64,000 nucleotides of DNA from an uncultured bacterium. Lineage in GTDB: Bacteria > Cyanobacteriota > Vampirovibrionia > Gastranaerophilales > Gastranaerophilaceae. The notes under the pieces were generated by a model. It worked only from the letters and a program-made list of their open reading frames with translations. It searched no databases and was not told where the DNA came from. The position numbers were made by a program, and so were the translations under genes. The stretch is taken from the NCBI GenBank assembly GCA_902801985.1, contig CADCKD010000017.1, forward strand, positions 10,162-74,161, in the 5' to 3' direction. Positions 1 to 9,453 of this stretch are shown here, piece by piece (the first letter of the stretch is position 1; the number at the start of each line of letters is the position of its first letter).

Positions 1-42
1 GATTGCATATACAATGTCGGATGGGACAATGGTAATGTTTAA
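1..42 (+). CDS. 3' end of a gene cut by the window edge (...DCIYNVGWDNGNV*)
   Basis: Frame 1 is open from base 1 to TAA at 40-42. No family assignable. Confidence 0.2.
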   Translation, partial: DCIYNVGWDNGNV

Positions 43-47
43 CAAAC

Positions 48-380
48 TTGCAATGGGGTGCAGCGCAAGTTTTATGGCTGATGCAACATGGAGTGAAAAT
101 CACTGCTTCTGATAATCAACACATGACAGATGTTTATCCGGTAATTTTTCATGACGGAAGTGTAGATCCTGCTTCTGCAGCAGCAAGAGCTGTTCTAAGT
201 TCAAGTAACAATGATGAAGCAACCGAAGCAGGAGGAGTACTCAGCGCTCCACCGAAATTATGCTCGATTAAAGTTGCAGGATGCAGTCCTTGTGACTCTT
301 GCTATAATAAAGGTTTTGAAGAAGCTCAAATAAGAGATAAAATATATGGGGAAGAGGCAAGTTTAGAACGGCTTAATTAA
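48..380 (+). CDS. hypothetical small protein with Cys cluster (CSIKVAGCSPCDSCY)
   Basis: ORF track. Non-ATG start at 48, first ATG at 81. No recognisable family. Confidence 0.3.
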   Translation: MQWGAAQVLWLMQHGVKITASDNQHMTDVYPVIFHDGSVDPASAAARAVLSSSNNDEATEAGGVLSAPPKLCSIKVAGCSPCDSCYNKGFEEAQIRDKIYGEEASLERLN

Positions 381-446
381 TTTTGTTTTTGAACATAGCC
401 CCTATTTCATATTGTTGCTTTTATTAGGGAAAAATTCTTTCTTTCC

Positions 447-475
447 TTGACTTAGCTATTATTTTATAATAATAT
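447..475 (+). promoter_or_regulatory. candidate sigma70 promoter for yidC (TTGACT-17 nt-TAATAT)
   Basis: TTGACT at 447-452 and TAATAT at 470-475, about 40 nt upstream of the yidC ATG. Confidence 0.4.
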
Positions 476-515
476 TACCCTCAGAGAGAAAATACACTAT
501 GAAAGAGGATTAGGG

Positions 516-1592
516 ATGGATTTTATAACTTGGACTATTTGGTTTTTAAGTAAATTAGCAAGTTTTGTTGGTGGATATGGAATTGCAATTATTGTTTTAA
601 CGATAATTGTCAGACTTGCTATGTGGAATTTGAATGTAGAACAACAGCGCTCTATGAAAATGATGCAAACTTTGCAGCCAAAATTAAAAGCTATACAGGA
701 CAGGTACAAAAATAATCCGCAAGTTATGCAGCAAAAACTTATGGAATTTTATAAACAGCATAAGTTCAATCCTATGGGCGGATGTTTACCTTTACTTATC
801 CAAATGCCGATATTCATTCTTTTATACTCTGCTTTAATTAGCCCACAATTTATTCAAGTTGCGGGGAATCAGCATTTTCTTTTTGTTGACAGCTTAGCTA
901 CAACATTAAGGGCAACTGCCGGGATATCAAATGACGGCAAAATGGGAGCAGATGCAAATGACAAATTTATTTTAGGAAATACTGCAACAGTTTATTTGCC
1001 GGATAAAACATCAAACAACGTAAAAATAACAGACCCGACACAAGCACTTGAAATTCAAGGAGAGCTGGTTCCGGGAGAAGATGTTGTTTTTACTTTCAGT
1101 CTTGACCATATAAAAATGAAATTCTCGGAATTGGAAAAAGTTGAAAAAGCAGAAGTTACTGTTACAAATTCAAATATAAGAGAAAATGAAACAATTACAT
1201 TTACAAGGAATGATGAAGGGCTAATGACAGCAACAGTTCCTACTGTTCCTGTAAACAGAGCTTGGCACTGGGATGTAATTATTTTAATCGTACTATTTGC
1301 GGTAACAATGTTTATTTCTCAAAAAATTATGATGGCTATGACAAAAACAGATTCTCAAGATCCTACTCAAGCAGCTATCCAAAAATCAATGGGAACATTT
1401 ATGCCGCTTATGATTCTTGCAACGTTTATAATTATCCCGATTCCTGCGGGTGTCTTACTATATCTTATTACAAGTAACGTTATTCAAATAGCTCAAACTA
1501 TTATGATAAATAAACAAATTGACGATGAAATGGCTAAGAAAAAAGAAGACGTTGACGATTTAGAACTTAAAAACGCAAAAAAATTAAATTAA
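516..1592 (+). CDS. yidC: membrane protein insertase YidC/Oxa1 family, with a long insert between conserved TM regions
   Basis: N-terminal core GIAIIVLTIIVRLAMWNL...QPKLKAIQDRYKNNPQVMQQKLMEFYKQHKFNPMGGCLPLLIQMPIF, C-terminal TM block and basic tail. RBS-like AGAGGA upstream. Confidence 0.9.
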   Translation: MDFITWTIWFLSKLASFVGGYGIAIIVLTIIVRLAMWNLNVEQQRSMKMMQTLQPKLKAIQDRYKNNPQVMQQKLMEFYKQHKFNPMGGCLPLLIQMPIFILLYSALISPQFIQVAGNQHFLFVDSLATTLRATAGISNDGKMGADANDKFILGNTATVYLPDKTSNNVKITDPTQALEIQGELVPGEDVVFTFSLDHIKMKFSELEKVEKAEVTVTNSNIRENETITFTRNDEGLMTATVPTVPVNRAWHWDVIILIVLFAVTMFISQKIMMAMTKTDSQDPTQAAIQKSMGTFMPLMILATFIIIPIPAGVLLYLITSNVIQIAQTIMINKQIDDEMAKKKEDVDDLELKNAKKLN

Positions 1593-1598
1593 AATATA

Positions 1599-2651
1599 AT
1601 GAATATTTCAGAATTTGATTATAACTTACCGGAAGAACTTATTGCTCAAATGCCGGCAGATAAAAGAGAAAACTCTAAAATGATGGTTTTGAACAAGCAA
1701 AACCATACAATTGAGCACAAACATTTTTTTGATATTGTTGATTACCTTAATGAAAATGATGTTTTAGTTCTTAATAATACAAAAGTAATTCCGGCAAGGC
1801 TGTTTGGAGTAAAAGAAGAAACAGGTGCAAAAATTGAAGTTTTTTTGCTTGAAGCTCAAAAAGAAGGTTCCCCTTTATGGTCATGCCTTATTAAACCTTC
1901 TAAAAAGGTTAAACCAAATACAGTTATAAATATCAGTGATGAATTAAAAGCCATACCAATAAAAAGACTTGAAGATGATGGAGAGTGGCTTGTCGAACTC
2001 AAATATCAAGGTGATTTATTTGATATCCTCCACAGAATTGGCAATATCCCGCTTCCTCCGTATATTGAGAGGAAATTACAAACAGAGGAACAGAAGAAAT
2101 TTGATATGGAGCGCTATCAAACAGTCTACGCAAAAGACGAAGGTTCTGTTGCTGCGCCGACTGCAGGCTTGCATTTTACAGATGAAATATTAGAAAAATT
2201 ACAAAAAAAAGGGGTAGAAATTATATATGTAACTTTGAATGTAGGCTTAGGAACTTTCAGACCGGTAAAATGTGAAAATATACTAGATCACAAAATGCAC
2301 TCTGAGACATTTGAGATTACAAAAGAAGCTGCAGATGCAATCAACAACGCAAAATTTAAAGGCAAAAATATTGTCGCAGTCGGCACAACATCTGTTAGAA
2401 CTCTTGAAACTGCATACAAAAAATATGGCTGCGTAAAAGAATGCCATGATAGCTCAGAGCTATTTATTTACCCCCCTTATGAATTCAAAGTTGTAGATAA
2501 ACTTATAACAAACTTTCACCTGCCAAAATCGACTTTGTTGATGCTTGTTAGTGCTCTGGCAGGAAAAGATTTTATATTTGAAGCATACAACAAAGCCGTT
2601 GAAAACAAATATAGATTCTTCAGCTACGGCGATTGTATGCTTATACAGTAA
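1599..2651 (+). CDS. queA: S-adenosylmethionine:tRNA ribosyltransferase-isomerase
   Basis: FDYNLPEELIAQ.P...R..S.MM start, GSVAAPTAGLHFT, VGTTSVRTLE and YRFFSYGDCMLI are typical QueA blocks. Confidence 0.92.
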   Translation: MNISEFDYNLPEELIAQMPADKRENSKMMVLNKQNHTIEHKHFFDIVDYLNENDVLVLNNTKVIPARLFGVKEETGAKIEVFLLEAQKEGSPLWSCLIKPSKKVKPNTVINISDELKAIPIKRLEDDGEWLVELKYQGDLFDILHRIGNIPLPPYIERKLQTEEQKKFDMERYQTVYAKDEGSVAAPTAGLHFTDEILEKLQKKGVEIIYVTLNVGLGTFRPVKCENILDHKMHSETFEITKEAADAINNAKFKGKNIVAVGTTSVRTLETAYKKYGCVKECHDSSELFIYPPYEFKVVDKLITNFHLPKSTLLMLVSALAGKDFIFEAYNKAVENKYRFFSYGDCMLIQ

Positions 2652-3579
2652 CCTCTTTTTGAATTTGTACATATTTTGTCGCGTAAACCGCGGCAATCGC
2701 GCCATCAGCTGTCGCAGTTATTACTTGACGAAGGGGAGTATTTCGAACATCACCAATCGCATATACACCTTCTTGTGAAGTTCGCATTGTCTCATCTGTT
2801 AAAATAAAACCCTTGCTATCCTGAGCTATTTGCCCATTTATATATTCCACATTCGGGACTATACCAATATATGGGAAAACACCGTTTGTAGCAATCTCTG
2901 ACATCAAACCTGTTTTAACATTTTTAATAATAATTTTATTTACAAGTTCATCACCGCAAATTTCTTCAACTACTGAATCAAAAATAAACTCTATTTTTGA
3001 GTTATTAAATGCACGCATTTGAATAATTTTATCTGCTCTGAGTTCATCCCTGCGATGAACTACATACACTTTTGAAGCAAATTGGGTTAGATATATGGCT
3101 TCTTCAATTGCAGAATTCCCGCCTCCAACAACCGTAACAATCTTATTTTTATAAAAAGCGCCATCACAAACCGCACAGTAACTGACCCCGCGGCCTGCGA
3201 ATTCTAATTCCCCTTTTACTCCCAGCTTCATAGGTTTTGCACCGGTTGCAAGAATTACGGATTTAGCAGCAAATTCCACCTGTTTAGTTTTTATTATTTT
3301 TGGGGAAGAAACCAAATCCACACTTTCGATTTCCTGCATTGGAAATTTTTCTACCCCAAACATATCTGCGTGTTCCTCAAACTGTTCCATTAATTCATAA
3401 CCGCCAATACGTTTAAATCCGGGATAATTTTCTAATTCTAAATAATTTGAAGGCTGTCCCCCGAACATTGATACATCTACAACACCGACAGATAACTCTC
3501 CGCGAGCAGCATACAATCCTGCAGATAACCCTCCGGGGCCGCCGCCTAAAATGACAACATCAAATTCCCTTTTTTCCAT
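2641..3579 (-). CDS. trxB: thioredoxin-disulfide reductase
   Basis: FAD motif ILGGGPGGLSAG, redox CAVCDG, NADPH motif VVGGGNSAIEEA, C-terminal GDV...RQ. Confidence 0.92.
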   Translation of the reverse strand: MEKREFDVVILGGGPGGLSAGLYAARGELSVGVVDVSMFGGQPSNYLELENYPGFKRIGGYELMEQFEEHADMFGVEKFPMQEIESVDLVSSPKIIKTKQVEFAAKSVILATGAKPMKLGVKGELEFAGRGVSYCAVCDGAFYKNKIVTVVGGGNSAIEEAIYLTQFASKVYVVHRRDELRADKIIQMRAFNNSKIEFIFDSVVEEICGDELVNKIIIKNVKTGLMSEIATNGVFPYIGIVPNVEYINGQIAQDSKGFILTDETMRTSQEGVYAIGDVRNTPLRQVITATADGAIAAVYATKYVQIQKEVTV

Positions 3580-3594
3580 TTATATAAACTCTCC

Positions 3595-4098
3595 CTATTT
3601 CTCAGTTATATTGCCCCCGCCGATTTTCTCTCCATCTAAATAATACTGCGCATTTTGAGTTTTAACAACCTGACCGTCTGCATAAGTATCCAATCTTAGG
3701 GTATCAGTTCCGACAAATGTATCTCCGTCAAGCTTTAATTCCACAGTATCAGTTAGAATTTTCTGACCATATTTACCTTTCTTGGTGAAAACAATATAAT
3801 TAGTATCAACTCTATCCAATATAATTTCAGCTTTCGCACCGTTAAATGGATTACTTAATGTTATGACGTCAAATGTTCTTGATAAGTTCCATATATCTAA
3901 ACTATTTTCTTTAAATACCGCAGGACTATCAGTATCAATGCGTTTTGACGCAACGCGCCATGTCCCGTAAAAGGATTGAGGGACTTTTGTTATAGTTGCC
4001 GTTAAAAGCTTTGTTTCCTCTGCTTGAGAATTTGGACTGCAAGCAAAAAGAGCACCAAACATAAATATAAAAATTAAGAAACTGCTTAAAAATTTCAT
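3595..4098 (-). CDS. hypothetical lipoprotein
   Basis: Signal peptide with lipobox (FMFGALFA-C-SPN). No recognisable family. Confidence 0.6.
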   Translation of the reverse strand: MKFLSSFLIFIFMFGALFACSPNSQAEETKLLTATITKVPQSFYGTWRVASKRIDTDSPAVFKENSLDIWNLSRTFDVITLSNPFNGAKAEIILDRVDTNYIVFTKKGKYGQKILTDTVELKLDGDTFVGTDTLRLDTYADGQVVKTQNAQYYLDGEKIGGGNITEK

Positions 4099-4147
4099 CT
4101 CTATACCTTGTTAAAATATATAATAAATTATTTAACAATGTCAAAAA

Positions 4148-5536
4148 TTAAACAATCATCATTTTTTCGTGCAAAACTTGGGCTGAACCTTCATATCCTG
4201 CACGACCCATTACCCCATAAGTATAATTACGCCCTTGTTCAACAGAAGGCTGATTAAAGGCATCTACATTATACAATGCGCCTGCAATAGCTGTTTGTAC
4301 TTCAAACATGTACAAAAGCTGAGCCATATTATAACCTGTAATTTTATCAACACTGATAGTAACTGTTGGTCTTGAATAGTCGGATAATGTTATTTTTGTA
4401 GAATCTGCTTCAGCGTTCATAAGACTATTCATAGTCTTACCGCCGAGATAACCGATTCCCGTGTATTCAAAAATCTTTGGTATTTCCAAATTTGTATCAA
4501 AATTTTCTACCCTTATAAAATCTATAACTTTATTATTTGGTCCCTCATTAAACAACTGAATCTGAGAATGCTGATCTGTCGCACCAAGAGCTTTTACAGG
4601 GGTAGGACCTACTTGAACATCTTCTCCGTTTAAATTTTTATTTTTTCCCAATGATTCAGCCCACAACTGCGCATACCAGTCGGAAACATATTTCAAACGG
4701 CTTGAATAAGGCATCATAACAGAAATATTTTTACCCTTTTTTATATCTAAAAGATAATGAATCAAAGCATTCTGTGCAGCGATATTGTGATAAATATCAG
4801 TATTTTTTAATGCTAAATCCATATCTTTAACACCATTTATGATTTCATCAATATCAATACCTACAAGAGCAAATGGCAGCAAACCAACGGCAGAAAATAC
4901 CGAAAATCTTCCGCCTACATCATCAGGAACTACAAACGTTTTATATCCCTCTTGTTCGGAAATCTGTCTTAATATCCCTGTCCTTTTGTCAGTTGTAGCA
5001 ACAATATTTTTTCTGTAATCATCACCTAATTCTTTTTCCAAACGATCCTTCAAAATCATATATTGAGCCATCGTTTCAGCAGTATCACCTGACTTTGTAA
5101 TAACATTTACCAACGTTTTCTTCAAATCAAGCATCTCAAGTAATGCTTCCATAGAATCAGGATCAATATTATCCAAAAAGAAAATCCTAGGGAAATTATT
5201 TCTCTGTTCTTTAGACAAAAAATTCCAATATGGCTTTAATAATGCCTCCGTAACAGCCAAACCGCCAAGTGCAGAACCGCCAATACCTAGCACCAATATA
5301 TTATCAAACCTGTTCTCAACCAAGGCAGCATACTCTTTTACATACCATGCTGTTTCTTCGCTGTACCCCAAATTCATCCACTGCAAACCTTGAGAGGGTT
5401 TATCTTTTCTCTTATTTAAATCTAATATAATATTAGCAATTTGTTCTTTATAATTTTCAAACTCTTCGGCTATATTCAAACCGTGTTCTGCACCTATTAT
5501 CTTTGCATCAGCGCGCCTATAGTCTAACTTAATCAT
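4148..5536 (-). CDS. pgi: glucose-6-phosphate isomerase
   Basis: 462 aa. Blocks LVLGIGGSALG, GRFSVFSAVGLLP, GATDQHSQIQLFNEGP and NQPSVE match short-form PGI. Confidence 0.9.
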   Translation of the reverse strand: MIKLDYRRADAKIIGAEHGLNIAEEFENYKEQIANIILDLNKRKDKPSQGLQWMNLGYSEETAWYVKEYAALVENRFDNILVLGIGGSALGGLAVTEALLKPYWNFLSKEQRNNFPRIFFLDNIDPDSMEALLEMLDLKKTLVNVITKSGDTAETMAQYMILKDRLEKELGDDYRKNIVATTDKRTGILRQISEQEGYKTFVVPDDVGGRFSVFSAVGLLPFALVGIDIDEIINGVKDMDLALKNTDIYHNIAAQNALIHYLLDIKKGKNISVMMPYSSRLKYVSDWYAQLWAESLGKNKNLNGEDVQVGPTPVKALGATDQHSQIQLFNEGPNNKVIDFIRVENFDTNLEIPKIFEYTGIGYLGGKTMNSLMNAEADSTKITLSDYSRPTVTISVDKITGYNMAQLLYMFEVQTAIAGALYNVDAFNQPSVEQGRNYTYGVMGRAGYEGSAQVLHEKMMIV

Positions 5537-5626
5537 ATATACCTTTTATAACCAATACACATCGTACAATACTATTTTATATAATGAAAAATTAAAAACA
5601 AGAACCGCCTTTACATATCATAATAA

Positions 5627-6364
5627 CTATCTTAAGCGAAGAAAAGCTTCAATTTTAGCACGTACTGAATTTGTAGCATAATCATCAATATCAATATACA
5701 AACCGTTATATTTATTTGCTAAATATTTTGCAAGCTGAGCTTTTGCACAAAATGACTGTGCATAAAATACTGTCGGAATATCTTCATCAACATACATTTC
5801 TAAATCTATATCTGCAGGAACGCCCGCTTCAACACACCTTGTCCAACCATAAACATGCGTATTATCAGGGAATAACTTTAAAATATCCAAATCATTAGGA
5901 GGAACCCCCCAAAAACCAAATTGCGCATCAATTTGAGAAAATTTTTCTGGCAAAAAATATTTATCCGGCTTTACAATATTTGCCGTAATCGTAGTTATTT
6001 TATCATATAAAGGCATATTACTCGTTGAAATAACAAGCGGTTTTCTGTATTCAAATGATTCAAAAACAGTTTCTTCTACATCAAAATTCATATCCTTAAG
6101 AAGCTGAGCTGCAAACCAACCGCTATCACACTTGTCTTTGCCAATAGGTGCAATTATTTTTATAATTTCATCTCTATAATAAATTGAATTATTAATTATT
6201 TGTTTGATAATCTTGCAATAGCTCTCAGGTAAAATATTCGCATCCGGAACTTGATCTGACAAATCAAAGTCTAAATCAAACCACTGAGCATTCGGATACT
6301 CAGTACTAACACGTTTTATCACTTCAGGATGAGGATACCCCCAAAAACCTATCTTATTCTTCAT
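5627..6364 (-). CDS. hypothetical protein with an internal FWG(Y/V)P repeat
   Basis: Long ORF. IGFWGYPHPEV near the N-terminus and FGFWGVPPNDL at mid-protein suggest an internal duplication. Family not recognised. Confidence 0.5.
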   Translation of the reverse strand: MKNKIGFWGYPHPEVIKRVSTEYPNAQWFDLDFDLSDQVPDANILPESYCKIIKQIINNSIYYRDEIIKIIAPIGKDKCDSGWFAAQLLKDMNFDVEETVFESFEYRKPLVISTSNMPLYDKITTITANIVKPDKYFLPEKFSQIDAQFGFWGVPPNDLDILKLFPDNTHVYGWTRCVEAGVPADIDLEMYVDEDIPTVFYAQSFCAKAQLAKYLANKYNGLYIDIDDYATNSVRAKIEAFLRLR

Positions 6365-6384
6365 AGAATTAATATATCACAAAT

Positions 6385-6588
6385 TTATTTATTTTTTTTG
6401 TTTAAAAGTTTTTTAGTACTAACACTTTTCTTGTAATAAACACCTTTGCGCCCGAGATTTATAGAACTCGTTTTAGGCCCAACGTTGACACTCGCACCTT
6501 TCACTCCCAATGAAACACTAATTCCGGATTTGGAAAAGTTTATTCTGAATGGCCCGATTTTAATACTTTTTTTAAAATAAAACCCCAT
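6385..6588 (-). CDS. DUF4236-like small basic protein
   Basis: FKKSIKIGPFRINFSKSGISVSLGVKGASVNVG resembles the DUF4236 core, recalled from memory. Confidence 0.55.
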   Translation of the reverse strand: MGFYFKKSIKIGPFRINFSKSGISVSLGVKGASVNVGPKTSSINLGRKGVYYKKSVSTKKLLNKKNK

Positions 6589-6598
6589 TTATACCGCC

Positions 6599-7921
6599 TT
6601 ATGCTATTTCTTCATACGCATTTGGATTATTTAACAAATCATAATTGATTTCATTTTCATTATCTGCAATAGCAGCAGCAACAACAGCATCAGATGTTAC
6701 ATTTAATGTTGTTCTTAACATATCCGTTATTCTTTCAATAGTAAATAAGAATGCAAATCCTGCTGCAAGTTGTTCAGGGCTTAATCCCATTCCGTTAAGA
6801 ATTAAAGCTATCGTAATTAATCCGCCCCCAGGGATACCGGCACAAGTACTGGATGCAATAATAGCAAGTACCGCAATTTCTATAATCAAAAATGGAGTCA
6901 AGTGCACCTGATAAGCCTGAGCTAAGAATATAACAGCAACCGTCTGCAAAAGAGCAGTTCCGTCAAAATTCAAAGTTGCACCAAGCGGCAATACAAAGCT
7001 TGATATTTTATGAGATATTCCGCGTTTTTCGCAACACGCAATAGTTAAAGGCAAAGTCGCAGATGAGCTTGCCGTACCGAAAGCAACCATTGTAGCCTCC
7101 GCAATCGCAGAAAATAACATAGGTGCAGAAACCTTTGAAAAACATCTTAAAAATATCGGATAAACCATAAACATCTGTATACCAAAACCTATAAGCAGAA
7201 CAAATAAATATTTTGCAATAGGTTCAAAAATATCCATACCAAAACTTGAAATTGAACTTGCCGTAAGAGCAAAAACACCGGGAGCAGCAAATAACATAAT
7301 CCAATCAGTTATTTTCATAGTAGCTGCGAATACAGATTCAAAGAACGACACAATCGGTCTATTCACATCCCCGACTTTTGCAAGAGCAAGAGCAAAAATC
7401 ACAACAAACAATATAATCGGAACCATCTGCCCATGAGCAAAGGCTTCCATCGGATTTTCAGGTATGAATCCTAAAAATAGATTTAAGATATTACCGTGTT
7501 GCTCTGCCAATGCAGCAGATACAGCCGATTGCACTCCGGAAGCAACATTATCAGAAATATAATGAGCAGCTCCGCTTCCGGGCTTCATAAATAAAGCCAA
7601 AAAGCTTCCGATAGTAACAGCAATGGTAGTTAAAATACCGTAGTATAAAACCATTTTTGTTCCAAATTTGCCAAGCTGCTTATTATCTCCAACACTTGTT
7701 ATACCTATAATTATTGCAGATACAACAAGCGGAATGACCACCATCTGAATAAGTCTTATAAATACTTGTCCAATAAATACTAAAATATTTGAGACCCAAG
7801 GATTTTCATGTGAGTGCAAGAAAATTCCTAAAACTATACCGGCTATAATACCAAAAAATATATGCCAGTTTCGCTTAATTCCCAAACCTAAAGCAATAAG
7901 TATCTGCATATGAAGCTTCAT
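6599..7921 (-). CDS. dicarboxylate/amino acid:cation symporter (DAACS, GltP/SstT-like)
   Basis: Polytopic 440 aa. Blocks TASSSATLPLT, LGATLNFDGTAL and DM.RT..NVT.D are typical of the sodium:dicarboxylate symporter family. Confidence 0.85.
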   Translation of the reverse strand: MKLHMQILIALGLGIKRNWHIFFGIIAGIVLGIFLHSHENPWVSNILVFIGQVFIRLIQMVVIPLVVSAIIIGITSVGDNKQLGKFGTKMVLYYGILTTIAVTIGSFLALFMKPGSGAAHYISDNVASGVQSAVSAALAEQHGNILNLFLGFIPENPMEAFAHGQMVPIILFVVIFALALAKVGDVNRPIVSFFESVFAATMKITDWIMLFAAPGVFALTASSISSFGMDIFEPIAKYLFVLLIGFGIQMFMVYPIFLRCFSKVSAPMLFSAIAEATMVAFGTASSSATLPLTIACCEKRGISHKISSFVLPLGATLNFDGTALLQTVAVIFLAQAYQVHLTPFLIIEIAVLAIIASSTCAGIPGGGLITIALILNGMGLSPEQLAAGFAFLFTIERITDMLRTTLNVTSDAVVAAAIADNENEINYDLLNNPNAYEEIA

Positions 7922-8023
7922 ATATTTAAATCCTCTTCTTATAAACTAAGTCACATAGTAGATTATACAACTTTTAATTAAAATTTTCAATAATATTTTC
8001 AGTTGTAATAAATAATGTAAAAT

Positions 8024-8077
8024 AAAAAAGAGGTCTATGATCTCTTTTTTATGGTGGGCATTATAATGCTTGAGTTG
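8024..8077 (-). repeat. degenerate second copy of (tRNA-Val 3' end + hairpin terminator)
   Basis: aaaaaagaggtctatgaTctctttttt---atggtgggcAttataaTGctTgaG aligns with 8193-8249 (aaaaaagaggtctatgaCctcttttttttTatggtgggcGttataaGActCgaA). Confidence 0.7.
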
Positions 8078-8190
8078 TTGTTGAGAGCAGGGAGCTCGAA
8101 ACATACAAATCAAGTATGTCGACATAGTCGACTGACGAGGGCAAAATGTTATAAAAGACATTTTGCATTTCGAGGCTTATTGGCCGACAT
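8078..8190 (-). other. structured non-coding insert: four-way junction, cloverleaf-like
   Basis: Closing helix ctcgaaa (8095-8101) / tttcgag (8168-8174) encloses three hairpins: catac-7nt-gtatg (8102-8118), gtcgac-ata-gtcgac (8118-8132) and gcaaaatgt-8nt-acattttgc (8140-8165). Confidence 0.45.
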
Positions 8191-8222
8191 AAAAAAAAGA
8201 GGTCTATGACCTCTTTTTTTTT
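8191..8222 (-). terminator. rho-independent terminator after tRNA-Val
   Basis: agaggtc-tat-gacctct stem flanked by an A-run and a T-run. Confidence 0.8.
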
Positions 8223-8223
8223 A

Positions 8224-8299
8224 TGGTGGGCGTTATAAGACTCGAACTTATGACCCTCTCCTTGTAAGGGAGACGCTCTACCAACTGAGCTAAACGCCC
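8224..8299 (-). tRNA. tRNA-Val (anticodon TAC), CCA encoded
   Basis: Reverse complement folds as a cloverleaf: GGGCGTT / GCTC-AGTTGGTA-GAGC / TCTCC-CTTACAA-GGAGA / GGGTC / ATAAG-TTCGAGT-CTTAT / AACGCCC-A-CCA. Confidence 0.95.
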
Positions 8300-8353
8300 T
8301 TATAACTATTTATTTTTCAGCTATAAACAAGGCTTGTACCCTGTGCAAGATTT

Positions 8354-8382
8354 ATACTAGCAAGAACATATTTTTCTGTCAA
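8354..8382 (-). promoter_or_regulatory. candidate promoter for tRNA-Val (TTGACA-17 nt-TAGTAT on minus strand)
   Basis: Reverse complement of 8377-8382 is TTGACA and of 8354-8359 is TAGTAT. Confidence 0.45.
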
Positions 8383-8447
8383 GAGATATATTGAAACTTT
8401 TTTATATTTTCATCGTCTAAAAGTGTATAAGGAAATTGGAGGAGAGA

Positions 8448-9365
8448 ATGAGTACAGAAGTGTTGGATTATGAAAAGCTCAATATTGAGAGTGAAGCAGA
8501 AGAAGAGGAAATAAAAACTTTTAGCAATGTGGTGGTAGAAGATGATATTTTGCAATGTTACTTGAAAGATATCGGCAGAATAAAACTTCTTAAACCGGAG
8601 CAGGAAAAAGAGTTGGGGAAGCTTATAAAAGAGCAGAAAGATAATATTGCTAAAAGAAAACTTGTGCAGGCAAACTTGCGTCTTGTTGTAAGTGTTGCAA
8701 AAAAATACGTGGGACACGGGGTGTTATTTATGGACTTGCTGCAAGAGGGGGCAATCGGATTAATGAGGGCAGCTGAGAAATTTGATTATACAAAAAACTT
8801 TAGATTTTCAACGTATGCAACATGGTGGATTAAACAGGCACTTGTGCGTGCGATCGCAAACAGTTCCCGCTCAATAAGAATTCCAATCCACATGATAGAT
8901 AAAATAAAAAAATACAAATCTGCACTAGAGTATCTGACGGAAAAATTTGACAGGGAGCCGACTGATGATGAAATTGCGGAGTACCTTAATATAACAGTCA
9001 AAAGCCTTGTAAAAATAAAAGAATCAATTACCCCTGATCCTATCAGTTTGGAAACAAATATTACAGACGATTTATGCCTTGGTGACTTTATTGAAGACAA
9101 GACATGCAATCAACCGGAAATTGAAGTAAAGAATTACTGCTTAAAAGAACAAATGCCTGAGCTCTTAAACATCTTGACCGAACGCGAAAAACAAGTCTTA
9201 AAAGAGCGATTTGGACTAGGAAAGGAAAATCCTAAGACACTTTTTGAAGTAGGTAATCTTATGGGATATTCAAAAGAACGAATTAGGCAAATAGAAGACT
9301 GCGCACTGAAAAAACTTAGGCACAATAAAGATACACGACATTTCAAAGATTATATCGAAAACTAA
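8448..9365 (+). CDS. RNA polymerase sigma-70 family factor (RpoD/SigA-like, short N-terminus)
   Basis: Region 2 [53 protein letters not shown]. Region 4 [28 protein letters not shown]. Start moved to ATG 8448 because the TTG at 8436 lies inside the GGAGG RBS. Confidence 0.9.
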   Translation: MSTEVLDYEKLNIESEAEEEEIKTFSNVVVEDDILQCYLKDIGRIKLLKPEQEKELGKLIKEQKDNIAKRKLVQANLRLVVSVAKKYVGHGVLFMDLLQEGAIGLMRAAEKFDYTKNFRFSTYATWWIKQALVRAIANSSRSIRIPIHMIDKIKKYKSALEYLTEKFDREPTDDEIAEYLNITVKSLVKIKESITPDPISLETNITDDLCLGDFIEDKTCNQPEIEVKNYCLKEQMPELLNILTEREKQVLKERFGLGKENPKTLFEVGNLMGYSKERIRQIEDCALKKLRHNKDTRHFKDYIEN

Positions 9366-9385
9366 ATCTTTCATCTAATTCATCT

Positions 9386-9412
9386 CCGGTAATACGTATT
9401 ACCGGATTTTAT
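9386..9412 (+). terminator. terminator after the sigma factor gene
   Basis: Perfect palindrome ccggtaatac/gtattaccgg followed by atttta. Confidence 0.6.
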
Positions 9413-9453
9413 TATGCCTATTTATGAATACGCAGAGTAATAGGCGAGTCTAC

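Noticed and set aside
8051-8190. tmRNA, intron-containing tRNA or second tRNA gene downstream of tRNA-Val.
   Set aside because: There is no 5' acceptor strand complementary to AATGCCC, no G-U alanine identity pair, no tag reading frame, and the middle hairpin has only a 3-nt loop. It is too short for a group I intron. It is kept only as an unclassified structured element.
7946-8717. ORF-track entries 7946-8161 (-) and 8379-8717 (-).
   Set aside because: The first lies over the tRNA-Val insert and repeat region. The second is antisense to the sigma-factor gene start. Both have low-complexity AT-driven products.
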